Notes under the pieces: model-generated
The model's database searches: none
The model's input: the letters and a program-made list of their open reading frames with translations, nothing else
What the model was told of the DNA's origin: nothing
Assembly (NCBI RefSeq): GCF_000181795.1
Contig: NW_003526941.1
Span: 1,370,908-1,433,121, forward strand
DNA length: 62,214 bases
Direction of reading: 5' to 3'
DNA from: Trichinella spiralis
Taxonomy: Eukaryota
Made by a program: the position numbers and the translations under genes
Shown here: positions 52,225-62,214 of the stretch, in pieces
Position numbering within the stretch: position 1 is the first letter of the stretch
Layout of the letters: every line of letters starts with the position of its first letter

Positions 52225-55200
52225 ATGGTGATGGCCAACGACATTAGTCCGGTGATTTCGCTGGCGCATTGTGTCCGTTCTGAACAGAACGATGGATGCA
52301 AAACTCTAGAGCAAAGTATATGCACTGATTTGGAGAAGCAGTATCGTTCAGCTGCACGTTTCTTTCGAGGTTTTGATTTTGTTAGAATGTAATTTTGAAT
52401 TTAAAATTTTTACTTTTAGACAAGGAAGAAAAAGCTTTTCACGTTCCGTATCAGAAAAGAATATACATGGCCGCTTTGTCGAAACAAATTGCTCATGGCA
52501 GTTTTGAACAGAATAAGAAAGATAGCGATGTGGGGTTTTTCGATCTGTTTGGTCATGATCGAAAGTAAGTGTTAATGCAATATTTGTTGCATATCTGAGT
52601 AGTTTGTTTATTTATTTATAAAAGTAGTATTATTTTATTTTAAAATTGACTTGTTTTTATTTTATTTGTTGTTCATTTATTTTGCTTTTCTTCAGACAAT
52701 GTTATTTGCTGTGTTATTATATGATACGCAAAATCTAATTAATTGTTAACAGAGTAGTTAGGCTTTTACTTCTGAACTGATTTTAAATTAATGCAATGTA
52801 AATAAAGTCATAAGTACTTGGCGCTGTATTATTTTTAGTAATAGGAGTGAAATTTTTCTAGAATTATAGCTAGCACATTTATAAATTTGTTTGTTTCTTC
52901 GATACTGTCTTTTAAAGCTTGAGGATAGATATAGTTCTACTGTAATATATTTGGCAACTAGGTTTTTTCCCGATAATTTTATAAATATGATGATTATTTT
53001 TATTTTACTTGTGGGAATGAATTAAATCAAGTAGAAACGTAGATGTTCATTTTGCAATCAAATAATGATTAATTATCTTCCTGTAAATTTGTAACGTAGA
53101 ACAAAGTAGTACAGGATGTAGGATTCGGAAATTGAATTATTGATGCAGTATTCCGATTCGATAAATTTGTTTTACGAATTTACTACAACTTTCAATTATA
53201 AATGATACCCTGCTGATCAGTGAAGTCTGAATTATAGGTTATTATTAATTTTGCAAAGCACTCGTTGTGCATTGTGCATATGAGAATGGTATTTTTTTTT
53301 CACTTAAGCAACTTTTTCTCAAAGTTTATTTTATTGATTTGCTAAATTTTATTTTGTAAGGTGTATTTTTAATTTTTAATTAACTTGTTTAGCGAAGCAT
53401 GGAAATCGTTGGAGAATAAGAGTCGAGAAGATTCGATGAAAGAGTATATAAATTTGCTGTTAGATATGTGTCCACAGTTCGCGTTCTACTATGCAGCGGA
53501 AATTCAACGGCAATCAGATAGCAGGTATTACAGTGCACGAAGTATACAAGCTTTAAGCATTAGTGAAACTTATCAGTTAAGACGGTTAAAAATCAATATC
53601 ATTTTTGTGCTATTTTTAGACGTTTGACATTGTAAGAATGGAATTAATTTTTACATTGAAAGTTGTGGCTTATTATTCATTTCAACTTTGTTATTATTTT
53701 CATTGTTGGTTTGATTTAATATTTAGCTGCTGATTAAACAAGAAAGAATAATGAAAAATCTACCCTTGGGCAGTGTGTGTGTATGTGTGTGTTCTTTTAG
53801 TTTTGTTTGCTTGCCAGTTTTTATATAATATCGACGACGCATTGTTGTCTTGACTGGTGTAGAAAATCAATTTGACGTTGATGATTATTGACGTTCTGTT
53901 CTTGACAGAGACGTCTTATTTGTATGCTTGTTGCAGAAATCAGTCGCAGGATCAAAGTTCGCCAAGTACAAATCCCAACAGTTTGCCTGATTCACAGATT
54001 CGTGACGCTCTCAATCGACAGACTTTTGAACAATTCAACCAGTATGCAATGGTGAAATACGCCAACGATCCACAGAAGGTATCTCTTGTGCATGCATAAT
54101 TTTTGAGAGACAGTGATAATTTCATTCAAATTCATTTAGTTAAGATTATTTTCAGGAAGTTGAATTGTTTATTGTTCAATGATTTTTGCAGCTGATTGTT
54201 ATCAGCAATTTCATGATCACTTGTATAATTATTTTTTAATAAGTTTATCGTTTTGTTTCTTTTCACCACCGCATCAATTCAGTTGCACGAGTGTAATAAT
54301 GAAAGAACAGTGTGAATGTTTCTGTACAGGGTTTTAGTCCTTTTTTCTATAAAACACAAAAGTTGTACATTTGCCGATTTGTGGTGTGGGATTAAATGAT
54401 AACTTTATTTTTGAACGATTTTTTGTCGTTTGTTAGAGGGACGAGTTAATAAAGCAGTTGCAAGAAAAACATTTTCACGAATACATGACTCGAGTGCATT
54501 CGCAAGTTGCTAGTTCGGACGAGAAGGGTTGTTTCATAATGGAAGATGAATCACCACCAGCCGCCTGCTCCGGTGAAAATGAGGCGAACGTTACCGATGC
54601 CAATACGGTGCCATTCTATTCTCATCCGACAACACGTTGGTTTTTGTCGATGATATACATACATACGGTGAAAGATGTTTTTGGACAGAAGTTGAAAATC
54701 GATTTTTTCCATTTAGGGCAGGTGAACATGCTGCCCGCATCGATCTGGACTCGCCGAGATATTAAAGATTTCAAAGAGTCTATACGTCGAAGCGGTGACA
54801 ACGGTACCATTCGAGTGGGTTACGGTGAAACTGTCACTGTATGATTATGACCGTGATCGATGGTAAATTCTTTTATGTAAATTTTTTAACAAAATCTTTT
54901 TCCATACTAGGTCCGTGTACCAACACACGACGATGGTAATTCGTTGTTTTGGGAATTTGCAACCGACAATTATGATATTGGATTCGGTCTTTTCTTCGAG
55001 TGGACAGTGTCTGATACAAATGTAGTCTCAGTCCACGTCTGCGAATCGGAAGACGACGACGACGATGACGAAGCGGACAGCAGTTTGTGTCCATATTATT
55101 TATACCTTGTTTTTTTCAAACTTTATTAATTCTGATTTTGCTTGTTTGTACAGTTGCAACGAACAGCGATGATGTCGAACGAGGAGCAAGGACCTTACCT

Positions 55201-55377
55201 GGTAGCAAGCCCGCAGTAGACCAGATTATTCCAGTGTACCGTAGGGATTGTCACGAAGAAGTTTATGCAGGAAGTCATCCTTATCCAGGACGTGGCGTAT
55301 ATTTACTCAAGTTTGACAACTGTTATTCACTTTGGCGTTCCAAGACGCTTTATTATCGAGTATATTACAGTAAATAG
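52225..55377 (+). CDS. ACBD3: Golgi resident protein GCP60 / acyl-CoA-binding domain protein 3, multi-exon
   Basis: ACB domain ([26 protein letters not shown]), [14 protein letters not shown], and GOLD domain ([70 protein letters not shown]). Confidence 0.95.
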
Positions 55378-55821
55378 GTAAATGTATGAACAGTACCTGT
55401 GGAATGCGATGATTTTTTCATCTTCAATATCGGCAGAATTGTTTGTTGTACACCCATGGCATATAAATTTTAAACGAAGCAATGCAGAATTACTGACTGG
55501 CTCTGTTAACTTTTATCCAAATGTCTAGTATTTGAAGAAGAAATCGAAAAATGATGACAACAAATGAAAAAGAAAATTGAATTTCATTCTGTTTGAAATT
55601 TGTCATCATTAAAAATTCAACATTCTGTTCAGAAGTTTTCACATGCAATTTTCAAATATACCCAGAAAACATTTTTGTAACACAGAAGAAGTTCACGAAA
55701 TTTAGATTGCCAATATTGCACAGCATGATTATGCAAATTCTGCAACGGTATGTTTATTTTAAAATATACAACAATAGTTATGAAAACGTAATTTCACTTT
55801 TAGGCCATGCAAATAAAACTA

Positions 55822-57577
55822 CTAGTATGAATCATTAATCGTGACTGTAAAGCATACAAATAATTTTCGTATTGATGTAGTTTCCAAAGTCACCAATGGA
55901 AACAGAGTCTTGAATCCGGTGAGCAACAACGCCATTTGGCGAACGCTATGTATGTGATGAATGGAAAGTCCACCTGTGGGTAACTTACATGTGAAAATCA
56001 AAATTTCAGTCATGCAAGCCGAAGAAGGTGATTAAAGGCTGTTCCCACAAGTTGGAGAAGCCACCAACGAAAGTAGGACCACAATAGAGCAGGCTCCTCG
56101 CGGCTTACTCGTTAAAAATACATTTTTTGATTGACACTATATAAAATTTCTACAGCATTTGAAACAAGGAGACGAATTATTTTACATGTCTGAAAAAATG
56201 ATCGCAAATGCTGTAGCCTGTAACAAAGCAATAGAATTAAGCTGCTGAACAGCTTTGTCACATGACTGATGGTAGAACTGACTGTAGCTTTGTGGGAAGT
56301 CAATTTCTGCTTCTTGCAAACCAAGAAAGTGTAATGGAATTGTCCTTTTATTTAACAGTTCTGAAACGAATGGAAACAATATCTGCCTCGATGTCCTGGA
56401 TGCTTTTAGTTGAAATAATTTATTAATCAGCCGCTTGTCAAACTCAAAGACATTAACATCATCTTCGCCGATAAATTGATCTGAAAGAAAAAGATTAATT
56501 TATCGTAATATCCGACTTTTGCAACAATTTCTTGAATGAAAATAATATTTTCAAAAAAAAAAGTATGTATATAAATATATGTATATGTATACATAATAAA
56601 ACAACTTCATTCACAGCTGCAGATGTTGTTCGCCAATTTTTCTACTTGCCAAAATGGAAACAACACAAGAAACTGCTCCGCAAATGCGACAGAAAATTAT
56701 CGTTGAACTGACAGATTATACCCAACTGATTAATAACCAAGTAAACATTAATTTTCATCCTTATTGCGCAGATAAATTTATCAACTCATGCAATAAAATG
56801 TCATTTTTATAAAGGCTTTATACAAAAAAACATTCAAAAGAATTGAGAAATCTTACTGGTTTGAATGACTGGTGAAATGTCGTTCAATTTCTTTCCACAC
56901 TGTCGAATACTTAGCACAGTATGCAGACTGTGGTTAAACAGCAAATTTGAATAGTCGTCTTTTCGCAAAGGATTCGTTGGTAAGCATTCTCTTACATAAC
57001 AAGTAGCGGATGGAATTTTCAGCGCCACCAGTATTGCCAATTTCGAAACAAACGATGGACTAAAACGAATTTTGGATTTCGTAGGTATAAATGCAGGCAA
57101 ACTGCATAAATCTATGCAAGCCCACTCTAAAATTTGCACAGAACGACTCATCAACACCCAACACAGTATTTTATTATTAAAACAATATGATAGCACCGTT
57201 TTCCACTGCTTCCTTACGGTCTCAGAAGGATTTGGATGGCAAAGCGCTTGTAAAGAACGTTTTCTGCTGTTAAATCGTGTTCCACGAGCAACTTCTGTAG
57301 AGATATTATCATTTATTATTTTGAATAAACTATCAGCTGTTTTGGCATGAACATCTTTAAAAGAAAATAGTCTTGAAATTTTCTCATACTTTGTCATGCA
57401 ATTATGAAGCTTAACAGTTAATGGAACTGAAATTACTCCGTGCGTTTTGATTTCCAAAGAAGTTCTGCATTTATTAACAGCAGAAAGCAAAATCTCATCT
57501 TTCTGTTTATGAAATATATTATTGTATAAATTTCCATAACTAAACCATTTCTTTTCCATGAAATGTCCTTTTCGCAT
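55822..57577 (-). CDS. Unrecognised, probably lineage-specific protein; 3' end uncertain
   Basis: 247-codon ORF in AT-rich DNA with donor cca|gtaaga near 56856, joined in frame via tttcag (56480) to a second exon NQFIGEDDVNVF...AIIFSD. Last exon not resolved. Confidence 0.5.
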
Positions 57578-60500
57578 CTCAGTAAAACTTTTGAAATTTC
57601 TGTATATGTATTAATACTAATTACAGTCTTCAATCAAGTACAATTTAGCTACAGTACTTCAGTCAATCATTTTCAACGGTATATTGAAAACGTTTAATTG
57701 AAAGCATGAATGATCCATAAATCGATGCATTTGATGTTTTCAAAATATTAATCATGTACACTTTGAAACTGTTATTATTTTTTTATGGCATGTTTTACAG
57801 CTATTAGACAAAGACTGAGAGAATTCGTAGGCCTAAAGCGCAATCTGATTGCTCAGTTCTGATTTCTGGTTCCGCCTTGAAATTTGCACAGAACTGTTTT
57901 AGTCATTCACTTCTCCGGATTTTGTCTAGGCGTGTGTCAGTTGCGCATGGCTTTCTTCGGCTGCTGATGCTGATCATCACTGCTTGTCATCTTCCATGCA
58001 CACTTATCAACATTTTCAATAGAATATTATGCAATTATAATTATTATATAATATTAATTTAATAATTGCATAATGTAATGTAATAAAACTGTAAGTATGT
58101 TTTGCTTTGTTTTTCAAAATTATGCATTATTGAATGATGATGTTCATGTATACCTACTTGTAGTGCAGTGTTTTAATTGCAGCTTAATAGATGAAGAGTA
58201 AATTATGTTATTTTGGAAACATTGAATTGTGACGTCGTTTGTTGTAAATATCACGTGAAAAATAAAAACTAATGTTAAATTTGATTGATTGATTTGATGA
58301 AATTTGAAAGTCATACATTTAGATTCATACATTATTAAACAGCAAGCAGTGTGCATGTGAACGTAACTGACATTAGGTCAACATTGTGAACAGTTGTGCA
58401 TGATTATTAGTATGTATTCATTTTATGACTGGTGTATTCATTTCTCAAAACTAAAAATAATAAAATAACTTTTTATAGCAGTGATATAACAGGAATAATG
58501 TTACATTTTTTTCATCATGAGCTCTTACAAATTCTGCATTTCAATTCGTTTATTTTATTAAACATTTTTCTTCGCTGTTTTTTTCATTTACGTTTGGTAA
58601 TAATATAATCTGTGCTATTTCTGTTTGGTTTTTATTCCAAAACAAAATATCTACGAAAACAACAATATCAAAGCTGTCGAAATCTGTCGTGTCTGGTGTT
58701 CACCATCATCAGCGACCTTCTTTCTATTGATGGTTGATTTGTGCTTGTTTATATGCAAAATAATATACTTTATTCTTCAGTCAAGTTCAAGTGAGATTGA
58801 TGGTTGATTTTTTACTTTTTGAGTTACATTGTAATTACTGTAAAATTACTGGGAATTAGATATTGATTCTCAGGTGTAAGAAGTTGTTCAGCGTTTCGTT
58901 GATGTTCAGTACTTGATGATATAATTTATTGTATATGAAAATGTGGTTTAATATTTAATGATAGTTGTTTTCTACATCTGAGAGCATTTCACACCCCATA
59001 CGTTGTTGTAAATGATATCGGCATATATTATTTATTTGTGGAAAAAGAGGTGATTGGACTTCAGTCATGATCATACCATGTTATGCAGTTGGTCAAGAAA
59101 TTTTTTTTCGTTTCCAGCAGTTGTTTGCACGGCTAAAATGTGCATATTGGAGGATTTAAATAATAAAATAGCAAGTTGTATTCCGAGCAATGTCGTAAAT
59201 TGCATTTGACTTTCTGGTGGCCAGTGTTCTGAATCAGTTGACGTTAGGTGACACGAATTGCTAAATTTTTAGTGCTAATATAGCAATTTATTATGTAAAT
59301 ATTCAAACGAGTTTAGTTTAAAATGTTTTATATTGATGAAGTGAAATAAATGAATTTGTATATTCATGATACGTTTTGTAATGTTATATAAAATATAAAT
59401 GGAATGTACATTTCTATAGGCGTACATTTAGTTTAGTTTAATTAAATTTATGCACTATTAAAAATTCAAAATTAGGTTATTCTACCTGAAGCAAAGTATA
59501 CTGATATTTGCGTAATTAATTTAGTACTCCTTTATTGATTTTTAGTTTCATGGTCAGTTATTCAATGTATCGTCATCAGAGCACGTAATGTACTTCAGTC
59601 TCTCCTACAGTTATAAACCAAGTTTGAAAGGTATAATACCTATCTTTTTTCTTAATGTTTTAGGGGCATTCTTTGCTTGCTGGTTGCATGAATCTATAAA
59701 TTTAATTACTGATGAATTGTTTTACGTCCAATTCTATGATATAATCGCATGATTTTGAAATTCAGTTGAATGTGTACTGTGGGTTGTAGGCAGATAATTG
59801 CTATAAATAAATAATATGCCTAGTGTTGAACACAGTGTGATATGCTGTCATGCAATTAATTGTTTGTTAACATTTTCTTAGTCATTCCTTTATTACTTGT
59901 TGAGCTTCATTTTGAGCAATTGTAGGCGAACATTGTCGAACAGTAGCTGACGATTTGCTTTTCCATTGGAAAGTTGGATGCGCATCCATGAAACAGATGT
60001 GTGTTTGTTTCTGTTGATTGTAATTTCATTTCTTGAAAATGATTCATCGCAATTCAGAACAGCACAAGAAAAAGGTGCCTATCAAGTTGTTTTAATATTT
60101 GACATTGCTGGTTAGTTTAAAATTGAGATTTTATAGTACAAAGTTGAGTTGGAATTGCAAATTATTTTTCAGAATAATTAATTTTGTGTGTTCAGTTTTA
60201 ATGCAGTTAGTTTTGGCTGAATAGCGACGCCACCTGAACAGTAACAAGTAATTTTAGTAAAATAAATAATAGTAGCGTCACATAACGTCTCCAGCTAATT
60301 ATTACATTAAGTAGACGCTGAACCTTGTTTTTCATCACTCGACAGTATTCTGTTTTTACATTTATTTTACAACTTTATAAGCATATTTACAGTGTTTTAT
60401 TGCATTTGATTTAAAACTGTAATAACTTTGGTCATTTAATTAAGTTATCCATTACATTTATGCTAATAAGCTATTACTGACGGAAAAATGGGTTGTTCTG

Positions 60501-60867
60501 CCAAGGGCAAAGTTTCCTTCTTTTGCATAATTTAATTATTGTGCTTATTTTCAGAATACTTTATTCATTGCATCGCCATGGAAGAACGCACGTGTTAAAT
60601 TGATTCAACTGATTAAGAAAGACGTAAGTTATACATTGATAATGTGGGATATGTATTTTTTGCATGCTGTTTGCATGATCTTAGAAATATGGTGAATGGA
60701 AACGGATTTTTTGTTAATATGAAATATCATTAAGCAGTTGTTTTCTATATTGAGATTTCATCTTCAATATTTACGTCAAATAAAAAAGAATGCTAAAAAT
60801 GCATTTATGTAAATCAAATAGAAAATTCAATGATTTCAAGATATTAAAAATATTTTATTTTTTTCAG

Positions 60868-60904
60868 ATGGCAGATAAGCAAGAAATGTATCCATTACAG
60901 TTAG
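60868..60904 (+). other. Possible micro-exon (MADKQEMYPLQL) of a gene not resolved in this window
   Basis: ttttcag|ATG... and ttag|gtaaaa sites. Further strong cag|gtaagt donors near 61149 and 61270. Confidence 0.25.
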
Positions 60905-61400
60905 GTAAAAGATCATTTGTCATATTCACATGTTACATTTATTATTGTTATTTATTCGTCAATTGTCAAAAATGTAAGTCTGTTTTACTTTTTGCTTTTA
61001 TTTCTCATTTTTTACTTTGTACGTTTTTATTTTTCAGTATTTTGTAATTTTTTTTAAATACAAATTTTGTTTTGAAATGGTGAAAAGTAATCGAAACAGT
61101 TTAAGAAAGAATCCTTGCTTGGCACGTTGCTTTTGAAAATAAGTCTTCAGGTAAGTATTTTTACAGTGAATTTTCTAGTTGCAGATGAATCGAAACAGCT
61201 TGGGACTGATTCTAAAAGTTTTTTGGATTACGTTGTTTTGTTTCAGATATGATCTTCAATTGATTTTCAGGTAAGTATTTTTTACAGTCAAGACTTTCTA
61301 GTTTGTAAGACTAGGTACTAGGTATTTTGTACTGTTTATACACGATTGAAAAAGCATTGAAACTTAGGTAATTTTAAATACCTCGAAGCATTCGAAATGA

Positions 61401-61950
61401 AGAGGAGAGGGGAGAAGAGTGTAGGTGGAGAGGGGAGGGGAGAAGAGTATGAGAGGGGAGGGGAGAAGAGTATAGGTGGAGAGGGGAGGGGAGAAGAGTA
61501 TAGGTGGAGAGGGGAGGGGAGAAGAGTATAGGTGGAGAGGGGAGGGGAGAAGAGTATAGGTGGAGAGGGGAGGGGAGAAGAGTATAGGTGGAGAGGGGAG
61601 GGGAGAAGAGTATAGGTGGAGAGGGGAGGGGAGAAGAGTATAGGTGGACAGGGGAGGGGAGAACAGTATAGGTGGAGAATGGGGAGGGGAGAAGAGTATA
61701 GGTGGAGAATGGGGAGGGGAGAAGAGTATAGCTGGAGAATGGGGAGGGGAGAAGAGTATACGTGGAGACTGGGGAGGGGAGAAGAGTATAAGTGGAGAAT
61801 GGGGAGGGGAGAAGAGTATAGGTGGAGAATGGCGAGGCGACAAGAGTATAGGCGGAGAATGCGGAGGGGGAGAAGAGTATAGGTGGAGAATGGGGGACAC
61901 AGGTACAGGTGGACAATGGGCGAGAAAGGGTATAGGTGGAGAATGGGGAG
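61401..61950. repeat. G-rich purine minisatellite with 28-bp (aggtggagaggggaggggagaagagtat) and 30-bp (aggtggagaatggggaggggagaagagtat) units
   Basis: Direct tandem array. It accounts for all the low-complexity ORFs at 61336-62088. Confidence 0.95.
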
Positions 61951-62214
61951 AAAACGTATAAGTCGGCAAGGTGGGATATTGAGATCTAAAATTGCTCGAG
62001 GGGTCCAGCCTGGGGCGTATCTTGAATCGACCCTAAGGCCGAGCCTAAAGGCGTAGCGGAGGAATTCTGCCGGAAGCCATAGCCCCAAGCATACCCTGGA
62101 TGCAAATTATTTGCCATATACTTTGCCTGAGCTAGCCTGGAAGGTAATATTTTTTTTGGATCTTGCCCTGGGCAAGTATAGCCTTAATAGGCCAATATGA
62201 ATTTTTTACATTTT

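Noticed and set aside
61141..61290. Repeated ttcaggtaagtattttt(t)acagt motif
   Set aside because: Only two copies of about 24 nt; likely a small local duplication around a splice donor, with no supportable gene model.
61401..61950. CRISPR-like array
   Set aside because: Units are contiguous with no unique spacers, there are no cas genes, and the context is eukaryotic.
61336..62088. Extensin-like or low-complexity ORFs of 88-250 aa on both strands
   Set aside because: They are translations of the 28/30-bp minisatellite. The 28-bp unit is not a multiple of 3 and several frames are open.
1..62214. U12-type introns, tRNA, rRNA or transposase genes
   Set aside because: I saw no RTATCCTT donor at the exon boundaries I checked, no tRNA or rRNA signatures and no transposase/RT motifs. 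This was a visual scan only, so small elements could be missed.

Overview
AT-rich, gene-dense eukaryotic (metazoan) genomic DNA with very short GT-AG introns (about 50-100 nt) and TTTCAG/TTTTAG acceptors. The style suggests a nematode, most like a clade I parasite such as Trichinella; this is inference, not proven. Gene order: diverged duplicated segment and a weak hypothetical gene (0-1.8 kb), a proline-rich tail-anchored protein (-), seryl-tRNA synthetase (-), a PEST-family protein tyrosine phosphatase (+), glucose-6-phosphatase (-), MED23 with a polyQ insert (-), intronless ecdysoneless (+), B9D2 (-) head-to-head with ZIP9 (+), an intron-containing SatP/YaaH (Gpr1/Fun34, AceTr) acetate-channel homolog (+), two head-to-head iPLA2-beta paralogs, an NK2.1 homeobox gene inside about 13 kb of non-coding DNA, ACBD3 (+), an unrecognised gene (-), and a G-rich 28/30-bp minisatellite near the end. 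The strongest candidate for a novel system is the SatP/AceTr gene. That family is known from bacteria, archaea, fungi and protists, yet here it sits in an animal genome with spliceosomal introns and an apparently swapped pore constriction, which points to horizontal acquisition of an organic-acid channel. Gene models were spliced by eye and family calls rest on recalled motifs, not database searches.
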